Positions 40,401 to 52,393 of a stretch of 64,000 bases of DNA are shown here, in pieces (the first letter of the stretch is position 1; each line of letters starts with the position of its first letter). The DNA comes from Mobula hypostoma (Eukaryota). Position numbers and translations under genes: made by a program. The notes under the pieces are model-generated. The model was not told the DNA's origin and made no database searches. It saw nothing but the letters and a program-made list of their open reading frames with translations. The stretch lies in NCBI RefSeq assembly GCF_963921235.1, contig NC_086097.1, positions 108,440,001 through 108,504,000 of the forward strand. Reading direction: 5' to 3'.

Positions 40401-41439
40401 TCCCGCCCAGGGAGGGCGGGAACGGGAAGGCTTTAAAGCCGGCCGCGAAGTTTGAATAAATATCTTTCATCGCAACTCTAACTCACCGACTCCATGTGGT
40501 TATTCTAGCGCTGTGTGTAGCACATTGCTACAATATAACAATTACAGCACGGAAACAGGCCATCTGTGCCCTTCTAGTCCGTGCTGAACGCTACTCTCAC
40601 CTAGTCCCACCGACCTGCATTCAGCCCATAACCCTCCATTCCTTTCCTGTCCATATATCTGTCCAATTTTTCTCTGAATGATAATATCGAACCTGCCTCT
40701 TCCACTTCTACTGGAAGTTCGTTCAACACTTACTTCAAGCTCCCCTGATAATTGACATCACTATATTCATGCGAGGAAAATATACGCTGTGTGTTTAATA
40801 TTAAATTCGTTAAATAAACCCTTTTAGAAATGAAACTGAGTGTATTAGACACTTATCACCGATATTCCAGTCGTGATTAATACCCTCCCTCCGGAACAGA
40901 ATCACCAAAAACAATTTGTAGGAAGAATCGTACACGCTTGCCAAAGCACGCATGCGCACTGGTGCCCGCGCAAGGCTTCATGGTCATTGTAGTCTTTCTC
41001 GGGGTAAACCCAGCGTATTTGACTGCTACTCTTGTCTGTTGGCAACCCTACCGCCAGCCCCCCAGTCGGCCGGTCCGCAAGAATATTGTCGATATGAAAC
41101 CAGTCTGCAGTGCGAAAAAAGTTGGAGACCCCTGGTGTAAACCAAGTAGACCAGGGGTCTAAACACACAGCCGTGTGGTGCACCTATACTAACGGACACC
41201 GTAGAGGAGATGTTGCCAATCCAAACTGACTGTGGTCTTCAAGTGAGGAAATTAAGGATCCAATTGCAGAAGGAAGTATTGAGGCCAAGGTGTAGAAGCT
41301 TCATTGTATTTATTTGATAATCATGACTTTTGTGTGTGCAGCATAATTTAAAACATTTTATTCAAACATTTTGTACAATGATGTATAATCAAGACACAAA
41401 TACACTTATAGCTTGGGACATAGCATTTAGGGGCAAGGA

Positions 41440-43022
41440 CTATCTGTGAATGCAGAAGGAACATTGTTGTAACATGTTAAAAAAGAGGATGTGCTTGTTA
41501 AGATCAACAGCTTTTGAAGAACATTAGGGTTGATAAGTCCCTTGAGCCAGATAAGGTATAACTCAGGTTACTACGAGAAGTGAGAAAAAAGATTTCTGTG
41601 CCTTTGGTGAAGATCTTTGCATTTTCACCGGTCTCAGGAGTAGTTCCAGAATATTGGACAGTGGGAAATGTTTTTCCTTAGCTGAAGAAAGGTAATGTGG
41701 ATAATCCTGGGGATTTTAAGCAAGTGAGTCTTCCATCAGAGGTGGGCAAACTATAAGGGTGGATTCTTAGAGACAGAACTAAAGAGCATATGGAGAAGGA
41801 CATCAGTATGTCTTTGTAAGGGGCAGGTTGTGATTCATGATACCTGGTTGAATTCTTTGAAGAAGTGACAAAACAAATTGAGGAAGGTTGAGCAATGATG
41901 TGGTGTATCTGGTTAGTAAGGCATTTGATGAGGCTCATACAGAAAGTCAAGAGGCATGGGATCCAGGGAAACTTGGCTGCAAGGATTCTGAATCAGCTTG
42001 CCTGTAGAAGACAGAGGGTCGTGGAAGATGGAGCTATTCTGCCTGGAGGTTGGTGACCAGTGGTGTCCCACAGGGATTCGTTCTGTGACCCTGCTGTTTG
42101 TGATTTTTATAAATGACTTGGATGAGGAAGTGAAAGGTTGGGTTAGTAAGTTTGCAAATGACATGAAGCTTTGAGTTGTGCATGAGGTAGATGGTTGTTA
42201 GATTGATAGGATGCAGAGCTTGGCTGAGAAATGGCTGATAGACTTCAATCTGAAGAAGTGTGAAGCAATTCATTTTGGAAGTTCGAATTTGAAGGCAGAA
42301 TACAGGGCTGATGGAAGGGTTCTAGCAGTGTGGGGATACAGAGAAATTGAGGTCTATGCCCATAGGTTCCCTCAAAGTTGCCACACAAGTTGACAGGCTG
42401 GTTAAGAAGTTGCGTGGTGTGTTGGCCTTCATTACTTGGGGACTGAGTTCCAGAGCTGTGAGGTAATGTTGCAGCTCAGTAAAACACTGGTTAGACCACA
42501 GGGTAAATTCTGTTCTGTTCTGGTCACCTCATTATAGGAAGGATGTCGAAGCTTTAGAGATGGTGGGGTGGAGATTTACCAGCATGCTGCCTGGATTGGA
42601 GAGCAGGTCTCCTAACAAAAATCGAGCAAGCTAGGTTTATTGTCTTTGGAGCAAAGAAGCAGAGTGATGACTTGGTAGAAGTGTATAAGGTGATAAGAGA
42701 CGTTGATAGAGTGGACAGCCAGCTCCTCTTTCTCAGGGTGCAAGTGGCTAATACGTTAGGACATAATTTGAATGTGATTGGAGGGAAGTTTAGGGGGATG
42801 TTAGAGCTAGAGTTTTTATACAAAGAGTGTAGACCATGCTGTAAGAGGTGGTGGTAGTAGAAGCAGGTACATAAGGGACATTTAAAATACTCTTAGACAC
42901 ATGTATGAAAGAAAAATAGAGGGCTATAAGGAAAGGAAGTGTTAGATTGATCTTGGAGTAGGTTAAAAGGTAGATACAACATTGTGGGTTGAGGGTCCAG
43001 GACTGTGATATACTGTTCTCTA
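41440..43022 (+). mobile_element. Decayed CR1 LINE ORF2 3' part
   Basis: SGVPQG, KFANDMK, AEKWLIDFNLKKCE, EVYKVIR; CR1 tail. Confidence 0.85.
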
Positions 43023-43681
43023 CTTATGAGAAACAACTCCCACTTCAGTGCTACAGGAATAGCAAAGTGGCCATTGCACAATATAGGCAACAAACTGGAC
43101 TGGCTAATCAGACCCCAACATGAAGTAGGCAATGACCTTGGTTAGGGGGAGGGATGAGAGGGGTGCTGCAGAGTGGTAGAGTAGTTGAATTCAACAGAAA
43201 CTTCCTCTAGCCAAAGTTACAAATTCCATCCCTCCTGGGTATACTCACAGCTTGGAAATGTATACTGTGAAGTCCATGTGCAAGAATTCAAAACGTCAAC
43301 ATCTGCCTTTGCATCTCTGTGCTGTGGATTGAGATGATATTGAATTGCTATGCTCAGTTGCTTGCTATATATTCTTAGAAATTAGAGTAGCTTAAACTGT
43401 AGCACGACTTTCGTTGTCTTCCATTCCACTCAGACCTGCTCAGAGTCCAAAGAATTATGGTAAGTTAACACAAACACCTCTAGTACAACTTCCACTCTGG
43501 CTTGCATACCATCATACCTGTAGTCCCAGTAGCTGGCTAAGCAGGACCTCTTTAGTGACAGCGATTGTATCGAGGAACTCATCTTCCATATCATCTGTAA
43601 CATCTCTCTTTGGCATGTTAGATGTGCCCTCCTCTATGAAGAGCAAAACAAAATAGTTGGCAAGGCCTTGGCCATTTCCAC

Positions 43682-44475
43682 TGTTATGAACTGTAATGTT
43701 TTAGAAACAAACCAGCAGCAAGAGATTTCACACTGAGTCAGGTTTTAATGTTAAAACCACTATCTTTATTAGTATCTACTTATAAAATAGTAACTCAACC
43801 AAGAGAAATGAAAGTTGACAGTGTTTCATGTATATATGTGTGTAAATATAACTCCCGAACTATTGAGCTTGGGGGAACAAGGCTTAAAGTCTTGAAATTG
43901 TAAAGTAGAAAAGTTCAGTAATCCACGAAATAAATGATGAGAATGATATTTGTAATCCACATTGTAATGGAGAGAGAAGGTAAGTACGAATTATTCCTCA
44001 AGTTCCACATCAAGTAAAACGAGTTAACAGTTGTCATAGATCTTGTCCATCCTGACGTTCCAAATCCACATACGAATTATCACCGAAAGTGACCTGTCAC
44101 AGGAATATTGTCTTCCACTGGTTACCACACAACATACCCAGGCAAGGGCTACACAGGTGGTCCCACAAGATATCCCCAAAATCCACTCTTATGCATTATA
44201 CAAAGTGACAGTCACACATTCATTGTGCACCGTCTGCTGATGTTTAACCCAATCTTTTGGGCTTGAAAGAGTTCCAAACCATCACAGTGACTTGCCGAAG
44301 TCCCGACAGCTGGTCTCTCTCTCTCTCTCTCTACTACGACTGGAAGTGTCTCCCTCTCTGTCTGTGTAAAAATCTGAAGCAAACTCCTTCAGCCTGTGAC
44401 TGACGTCATAGTCCCGCCTCACTCAGGCACTTAAAGCAACAGTCTGCAGTAAACGAAACCTGTGGGTTTGTAACA
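43682..44475 (-). mobile_element. Solo LTR (794 bp) inside an old minus-strand CR1
   Basis: tgtta...taaca termini. TSD ccac at 43678-43681 and 44476-44479. AATAAA on the minus strand near 43765. Confidence 0.88.
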
Positions 44476-45484
44476 CCACGTTGCCCAAAATTAATTCCAC
44501 CTTCCCATATACCAAGGGACCTAGATTCTCTTTAGCCACCTTTTTCCACTTCATATAATTGTAGAAGTTGTTACTATTGGTTTTCATAAGTATTTTATGC
44601 TAGTTTAGATTCATAACCTATCTTCTCTTATTGCTTGCAAAGTGGTTCTTTTTTTTCAAAGTTTTCCAAACCTTTCATTTTCACACTGTGAAGAATCTCT
44701 TTGAAAGTCTTCCACTGTTCCTCAGCTGTTTTATCATATAGCCTATGTTCCCAGTCTATGCTAGTAACTCCTCCTTCATCCCACTATAGTCTCCCTTGTT
44801 TAGGCATAATACACTGGTTTTAGATCAAATTATTGCACTCTCCATTTATATGAGAAATTCAGTCATACTGTGATCACTCTTTTCAAAAGGATCCCCAACT
44901 ACAGGATCATTGATTTTAACTGCTTCTTTGTACAGGGCAAGATTTAAGAAAACATTTTCCTGCGCAGGTTTAGTAACATGCTGTTCAGGAAAGCTACCAT
45001 GGATACCTTATATGAAGTTCTTAAGACTGGCTTAACAGGCTGTGTTTGCTCAATCTCTGCAAACCAAAGTCCCTCAGGATAACTCCTGTTCTGTGCTTAC
45101 ATGCATCGGATATTTCTTAGTTTATTGTCTGTGCCACTATAATGTTACAGGTATGTCCTACTAGTACTTTTTTCCCCTTTAGTATTCCTAATTTCTATCC
45201 AGATGTATTCAGCATTCTGCTCCGTAGATCTTACCTCATTTCTCATGATCGCCTCATTCTCATCCTTAATTAAGAGCACTGCCCCATCTCCCTTACCTTC
45301 AACGTTCAAAATAAATTTATTATCAAAGTATGTATACTTCATACAACCCTGAGATTTATCTCCTTACAGGCAGCCACAAAACAAAGAAACCCAATAGAAC
45401 CCATTAAAAAAAATAACACTGCGCAGAAAGAAAAAAAACAACTCGCGCAAACAATAAAAGTAGGCAAATAACATTCGGAACTGA

Positions 45485-46482
45485 TGTAAGGGGTTTCTTC
45501 CTTTATGTTACTGCTAAGGCTAATAAAAATGGCTTCTTTGTTATGTTAGAATAAAATGGCTTCTTTGTTATGTTAACTGCTGAGAAAGTGCCTCTCTTGC
45601 AGCTTGTTTGGGTTATAATTACTGATAAAGAAAATTATATTCATTTGCTAACCAATTGGGATAGATTTTATTCTCTCTGGTGTGTCTGTAAGCTATTATT
45701 TTCGCGGGCTTTGGGGGAGAAAGCGCGATGGGGACAGAGAGAAGAGACGCGATGCTGTAAGCTGGGTGACGAACGGACCCCGAGCGGGAGTCCGAGGCCC
45801 AGGGTTTTCGGGAGGAGAACCGAAGAGGAAGATGTGCTGGATGCGCTCTGGTTGACCACCGTGGTTGGTCCTAGGTGGCAGGTCGAGGGGGTTGGAGGAG
45901 ATCGCATGGTGGAAAGAAGACCCCGCTCATTGAGCTCCAATGGTTGTGCACAAAGTGGTTGAACTCTGAGATCATGGCGACTGACCCCTGCAGCCATGGA
46001 AGACGTAGGCAGCGTGTGTGTGGATTATAGGACTCTGAACAGACGCACTGACATTGACCAGAATACGGTCCTGAGGGCCGAAGGCGCGATGGTTTGTTTG
46101 AGTGGTGTGATATGGTTTAATGTGCTGGATCTGAGGAGTGGATGTTGCCAGATCCCAATGAGTGAGGCCGGCAAGGAGGAGACCGGCGTTATAGGTCCCC
46201 TAGGATTCTGATTCTAGTGGTTGAACTCTGATAAGTTTGGCGCCTTTTACTTTCCTTTTATATTTTATCTCTATTAATTACATAGTTCCAGTAAGATCTA
46301 TAAATTGTATTCTGTAAATCACATATGCTGTACTGTCTGTCATTTGGCGTGGTGGGGTAAATCACACAGCATCTACACAAACTCGATTACTGAGTTTGGA
46401 GGGGCCGAAGGCTGCTCCCCCTAGACGGAAGCGAGCTGAGCGAGCCTGAGGCTTACCGGGGGCGGGGGGTGGGGAGGCTACA
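45485..46482 (+). mobile_element. Solo LTR (998 bp) containing an embedded Gypsy RT fragment
   Basis: tgta...taca termini. TSD ctga at 45481-45484 and 46483-46486. Internal tandem duplication of about 27 bp near 45522-45575. Confidence 0.85.
45970..46215 (+). pseudogene. Gypsy reverse-transcriptase fragment
   Basis: [34 protein letters not shown]....PLGF; flanked by a 16-bp direct repeat. Confidence 0.85.
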
Positions 46483-47190
46483 CTGAAGTTTGTGGAAGTG
46501 AGTCCACAGTGAGATACAGTGAGCTGAAAGTCCGACATGAAGCCTAGATTCACAGCAGCCGATTCAGGAGTCCATTAGTTACAGGCGGCAGCCGCAGTTC
46601 AGCGCAGAGACGAGTGAACCTCACAGAGCAGCGAGCTGAACCAGCTCATCCCTCATCTCTGGCCCCGACCTGCTTATCCTTGCATATTGTCTCAAATTGG
46701 ATTTTATTTAATCACTTCTGTATTATTCCTGATAACGTGCAATTTTTAGTGTTCTTGAGAAACTGTAAATTGGATTCAGAATTTCAATAATTTAACATTA
46801 ACTCAAGTCATTTAATGAGGCAAAATAATAAATGGCAATTTTGAAAACAAAGCATTTTTTTTAGTTATTTGTTTCATTTCTGTATGCAAGTTGCTTTGAT
46901 ACAGAACTAAAGGATAATCAGTCTTTTTCCTCCTGGTTATGTTGCCTGACACGTTTCAGAAATTTTATTCCATGAATATAATAGGTAAAAATTGCATGTC
47001 ATCTGAAATTTCTGTAAATTTTTCCCAATCCCCCTTTTTTAATTACTGCTCCTTGCCCTCTGCCTCCCACTCTCCCACTTACCCCGTCTCCTGCTCTCCC
47101 TCTTGTCTCTATACTGCCTTCATCTTGCCTGCCTTTGACTCAGTCGTCACCCCTCATTTTCTGTTCTGTCTGTGTTCATTTTTTTACAAG

Positions 47191-47226
47191 CAAGGAGATA
47201 AAGCCAATGTTAGTCATGTTGAGCAA
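47191..47226 (+). CDS. Candidate 36-nt frame-preserving cassette exon (QGDKANVSHVEQ)
   Basis: Long pyrimidine-rich tract (~47020-47185), ttttacaag| acceptor, weak CAA|gtaaaa donor, 12 codons with no stop, phase 0/0 compatible with the downstream exon. No homology support. Confidence 0.35.
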
Positions 47227-47391
47227 GTAAAATAGATATATAATTGAAAAGTTACAGCTTTATAATTAGATACTGTCTATTTAACTTTCCATTTTTGGCT
47301 CTCTGTCTTCATTCTAATTAGTGAAAGTTTGTATTTGTATATTATATCTGTCAGGATTATTCGTTAGTCAATTGAATTTACTTGTTTTCAG

Positions 47392-47544
47392 GATGTGGAA
47401 AATGTTCAACATAAAGATTCAACTGTTTCACCAACTCACAGCGGTATCCGGCCTGCAAGGGTGGTATCCTCCACTTCCGAGGAAGAGGAAGCTTTTACAG
47501 AGAAGTTTCTTAAAATTACATGCAGATACGTAACTTATGACAAG
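47392..47544 (+). CDS. OXR1: Internal coding exon (153 nt, phase 0/0) of an OXR1-family gene (LysM-GRAM-TLDc oxidation resistance protein), entering the GRAM-like region
   Basis: Acceptor cttgttttcag|G and donor AAG|gtaact. Translates DVENVQHKDSTVSPTHSGIRPARVVSSTSEEEEAFTEKFLKITCRYVTYDK. GIRPARVVSSTSEEEEAFTEKFLKI matches vertebrate OXR1 as I recall it, and matches paralog NCOA7 less well. Flanks are unique sequence. Confidence 0.92.
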
Positions 47545-49294
47545 GTAACTATGAACTTTTAACTTCTTTATATTACGCCTTTTCACACTGTCTAAGTCAA
47601 ATAAACTGTGCGTACCAGGTATAATTTTCTTCAGTGTTATTACTGGTGGATTTGGAGGAGAAAAGTGTGACTCCTGACTCTTCCTTCTGTCTGCTCCATT
47701 AATGCTGATTAATATGTAAATATGCGTGAGTACAATTTAGACAAGGCCTAATTGTAATGGAATAACACTGTTGACCATCCTTGCCGTTAAGCAGCTAACA
47801 GTTGGCCCAGCACCTTTTGTCTGGCCTGTGTATTCAGAGATTGCTCGGTTTAGCTGCTCGTTGTTGTATCAGCAGTTAGACGCAATCGATCACTGCCTGC
47901 GTCAGAGAGGCATCGGAGGATTGAGTGGGTGAAGGTGGTATGCAGTCTAACAGTGAGTGATCATCTTAGTTGCTTTGCTTGTGATTGCAAGACTCTGTTG
48001 GATATTGTTGGTGTGAGTCTAATTCCTTGGTTTATTGGGGATGGAGGAACTGCGTGGTATCAGTCGTAGTGAGGACTACGCCTTGAGCTGTGGTGTCGCC
48101 TGTCTGCATCCACCCGGGGAAGGCATCGGAGCCAGGCACTCCATCGAATTGCGGTGTTCAAGTGGGAGCTGGTGCTGCCCTAGTGTTTGCTTAGCAGAAA
48201 TCAAGCTGTATTGTGTTCAACTGCAGACTGCTGCAACATTCATGGACTCAGGGATTTGGACTATATTTTTGTGTGACTGTATTTTACTGCCATCTTGTAT
48301 GCACTATATGTGTCTTGTGCTGTGTGTGACTGTTGGTTCTTTGTTTTGCTCCTTAGCCCCGTAGTAAAGCTATTTGGTTTGGCTGTATTCATGAGTATTC
48401 AGGTATAGTTGAATGACCAGTAAACTTGAACTTGATTCATCTAACTTCCGACTGAAAGGGTGTTGTGTGGAACATAAAGTGCTGGCAGTCACCTGAATTT
48501 ATCCCATCACAGATCCTTTCCAATTCCTCAGAAACTTGAGTCAATCAACATGTAGGTAGACTTCTAAGAAAATTAAAGTCTCTTGAGAGTTCAGCATGAG
48601 CCTTAAGAGCAGCAGAGCCAAAATGCTATTGTAACTTCATCTAGTCAGATATGACATACAGTCAACTGAATAAGGACTTGAAACCACAGTAATTCTCCTT
48701 CCCACAGAACATTTATTCCACTTATGTACATCTATATACACTCGGGGTAGATATGGAGAGCTATTACTGTTTGCAGCAGCTATTACTGGTGGGGTTATAC
48801 ACAACACTAACATCCATACTGAGTTTTACATCAGTGATCAACTTTTGGGGCCTTGTATATTTGTTGGCATTTGCGAACAGTAACCAGCATTTCCACTCCC
48901 CTCACTGGTAAATCCTGTCAGGCTGATTGAGTACAATGTTTGTGCACTGATTATATGAGCAGACATTAGACCCCAAAACACTGGCTAACAATCCAGAGAC
49001 ATGAGATCAGCTACCAATTTATCAGGCCTGGAATTTGAACTTAGTTAATAATCTAGGAAAAGTCATATTGGGATCATTTTTCTTATAAAAACCTTTAATT
49101 ATTAAATAATTAATTAACCTTTCCTCATTGGCATTTAAATGGTTTGACATGGACTAGATGACTCAAAAGGCCTGTTTCTCTCTGTACTTTTCTATGACTC
49201 TATAATCTGTATCCTTATTGATTCACAACATAATGAGCTAAAAAATTCTTATATACTACATTAATTAATCATTGGTAATATTATTGCTGGTCTG

Positions 49295-51209
49295 CAAACA
49301 CAAGGAAATCTGCAGATGCTGGAAATTCAAACAACACACAAAATGCTGGTGGAGCGCAACAGGCCAGGCAGCATTTATAGCAAGAAGTACAGTTGACGTT
49401 CCGGGCCGAGACCCTTCGTCAGGAATAACTAAAAGAAGAGATAGTAAGAGATTTGAAAGTGGGAGGGGGAGGGGGAGATCCGAAATGATAGGAGAAGACA
49501 GGAGGGGGAGAGATAAAGCTAAAAGCTGGAAAGTTGATTGGCAAAAGGGATACAGAGCTGGAGAAGGGAGAGGATCATGGGATGGGAGGCCGAGGGAGAA
49601 AGAAAGGGGGAGGAGAGCACCAGAGGAAGATGGAGAGCAGGCGAGTTATTGTGAGAGGGACAGAGAGGAAAAAAAAAGGGGAAAAATAATAAACAAACAA
49701 ATAAATAAACAAACAAACAAATAAATAAATAAGGGATGGGGTAAGAAGGGGAGGAGGGGCATTAACGGAAGTTAGAGAAATCAATGTTCATGCCATCAGG
49801 TTGGAGGTTACCCGAACGGAATAAGGTCCACACGCAAAATGCTGGTGGAACGCAACAGGCCAGGCAGCATCTATAGGAAGAAGTACAGTCGACGTTTTGG
49901 GCCGAGACCCTTTGTCAGGGCTAACTGAAAGGAGAGATAGTAAGGGATTTGAAAGTGGGAGGGGGAGGGTGAGATCCAAAATGATAGGAGAAGACAGGAG
50001 GGGGAGGGATAAAGCCAAGAGCTGGAAAGTTGATTGGCAAAAGGGATACAGAGCTGGAGAAGGGGGAGGATCATGGGACGGGAGGCCTAGGGAGAAAGAA
50101 AGGGGGAGAGGAGCACCAGAGGAAGATAGAGAGCAGGCAAGGAGTTATTGTGAGAGAGACAGAGAGAGAAAAAAGAGAGAAAAAGAAGAAAAAAAAGGAA
50201 GGGAGTAATAAATAAATAACCAAATAAATCAATCAATCAATAAGGGATGGGGTGAGAACGGGAGGAGGGGATTAACGGAAGTTAGAGAAATCAATGTTCA
50301 TGCCATCAGGTTGGAGGCTACCCAGACGGAATATAAAGTGTTGTTCCTCCAACCTGAGTGTGGCTTCATCTTGACAGTAGAGGAGGCTGTGGATAGACAT
50401 ATCAGAATGGGAATGGGATGTGGAATTAAAATATGTGGCCACTGGGAGATCCTGCTTTCTCTGGTGGACAGAGCGTAGGTGTTCAGCGAAATGGTCTCCC
50501 AGTCTGTGTCCGGTCTCACCAATATATAGAAGGCCACACTAGGAGCACCGGACGCAGTATATCACATCAGCTGACTCACTGGTGAAGTATCACCTCACCT
50601 GGAAGGACTGTCTGGGGCCCTGGATGGTGGTGAGGGAGGAATGTAAGGGCAGGTATAGCATTCCCATTCTGATATGTCAATCCATGGTCTCCTCTACTGT
50701 CAAGATGAAGCCACACTCAGGTTGGAGGAACAACACCTCATATTCCGTCTGGGTAGCCTCCAATCTAATGGCATGAACATTGATATCTCTGGCTTCCGTT
50801 AATGCCCCTCCTCCCCTTCTTACCCCATTCCTTATTTATTTATTATTTCCCCCCCTTTTTCTCTTTTTTTCTCTCCCTGTCCCTCTCACAATAACTCCTT
50901 GCCTGCTCTCCATCTTCCTCTGGTGCTCCCCTCCCCCTTTCTTTCTCCCCAGGCCTCCCATCCTATGATGCTCTCCCTTCTCCAACTCTGTATCCCTTTT
51001 GCCAATCAACTTTCCAACTCTTAGCTTCATCTGTCCCCCTCCTGTCTTCTCCTATCATTTCGGATCTCCCCCTTCCCCTCCCACTTTCAAATCTCTTACT
51101 AACTCTTCTTTCAGTTAGTCCTGACAAAGGGTCTCGGCCCGAAATGTCGACTGTACCTCTTCCTATAGATGCTACCTGGCCTGCTGCATTCCACCTGCAT
51201 TTTGTGTGG
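49295..51209. mobile_element. Complex Neptune-type Penelope insertion: two tandem minus-strand 3' ends plus one inverted plus-strand 3' end
   Basis: Units at about 49295-49825(-), 49828-50658(-), 50659-51209(+). Three decayed hammerhead motifs. Perfect 14-bp TSD ttattgctggtctg at 49281-49294 and 51210-51223. Confidence 0.92.
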
Positions 51210-51581
51210 TTATTGCTGGTCTGGTTTGCCCAATCAATACATACACTTAAATTTCCCTGTGTGGAAAAATGGGGCCATCTGGTTTGGTAGATAAAAATAG
51301 TACTTCTCTTAATAAAAACCAAAAATGCTAGAAAGACTCAGCACGTCAGACATCAATTTATAAATAGTGAGAGGCTGAAATTTGTCAGTGTTCACAGGAA
51401 TCCACTGAAATTTAATATGTAGACGCAGCAAGAAATTATGAAGGCAAATGATGTGTAGGCCTTAATTGGACAGTGGGCATCAGTACTAGTGTGAAGTTAT
51501 CTTACTGTAATTATTTGAGGCCCAGGAAAAACTAACCTGAAACTTTGTGTTTCAGTCTACACATATATAAGGAAGGATATA

Positions 51582-52393
51582 CAGTGGATTCTGGTTAATT
51601 GGGACACATCAAAACCATTTTGTTCCAATTAAGTGGCTGCTCCAATTAGTTGAAGTTTCATGGAAGTAGTTACAAAGATATAAAAAAGACAAACTACCAT
51701 TTAACTGAGTAACAATCATTTATTTAAATTAAATACAGAACAAATTGGAACATCACCAATGCTACTACAGCACTATAAATCTGTGTATTAGTTATCGATG
51801 GAAGAATTCATCCTCTCTTCATTTGATTGACTGTAAATGAACAAAATCAGCGCAGACATCTATGCAGATAATAGACTGTCTTCATACAACGATTTCAACA
51901 ATTACATCCTCCAAATCTTTTTTTTAATTGTAACATTCAAGCTGACTGTCAATACCTTCAAATTCTTTGTGGTGCCTAACTTGTTGAAGTAGTGAAATTG
52001 TGTCATTTTCATTCCCGGATATTTCTAGCATCTCCAAGCCTAAATACTTGAAACTAGAGTGAGCAAAACGATTTTGATTGTCTTTCTGCTTATTACTCGC
52101 CAACAACCAGTGAGAAAAATCACAGCTTTTTATTTTAACCACAAACAGATGCAAATGATGCTATTTAAAATCTATTTGCTCTAAGCATCGTGTGGTGTCT
52201 AATGGCCACATGACATGCCGGTGACTGACACTAGTTAGAAACTGTTCAGCAACGGGCTCTTGCCCCAATTAAGCAGTATAATGTCCCAAATAAACTAAAG
52301 GAATCCTGGCTATTTTCTTGATTTGATTTTGTTCTTTAAGAGTTGTCTCTATATATCTGATTAACCGATGGCCCAATCAACCGGAATCCACTG
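51582..52393. mobile_element. Tigger/Tc1-mariner-type non-autonomous element
   Basis: TA|cagtggattctggttaattggg ... cccaatcaaccggaatccactg|TA. Confidence 0.9.

Larger units (their letters stand above)
36164..40532 (+). mobile_element. Full-length Ty3/Gypsy LTR retrotransposon, CsRn1/Kabuki-like
   Basis: 285-bp LTRs (36164-36448, 40248-40532), TG..CA, 4 mismatches by eye. TSD ATAT. PBS, G-rich PPT, gag and PR-RT-RH-IN order. Confidence 0.97.
35590..41134 (+). mobile_element. Charlie-like hAT deletion derivative with transposase C-terminal (dimerisation) remnant, CR1 tail and Blackjack remnant
   Basis: cagcggtccccaacc ... gttggagacccctg. TSD gtttaaac/gtgtaaac. Remnant SLPAFWIKVKAKNPEIAMKALKTLFLFPTYLC ... 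KQAQGS. Confidence 0.9.
34600..41300 (-). mobile_element. Rex1/Babar-type LINE 3' part, host of the nested hAT and Gypsy
   Basis: TTRFRNSYYPS and KFADDTTIVG (reverse of gatagtggtgtcatcagcaaa). Sequence resumes after 41142 with the GAPHGCV motif. Confidence 0.8.

Noticed and set aside
36136..40470. Duplicated short ORFs at 36136-36386 and 40078-40470, and antisense ORFs inside pol
   Set aside because: By-products of GC-rich LTRs and coding sequence; no independent protein motifs
47321..47533. ORF-track call over the exon
   Set aside because: Wrong frame; the splice-bounded frame gives OXR1
49272..51322. Recurrent ORFs such as MLVNAAGQAAS and SEMIGEDRRGRD (also at 27289, 29366, 55963)
   Set aside because: Translations of the non-coding Penelope terminal repeat, not a host gene family
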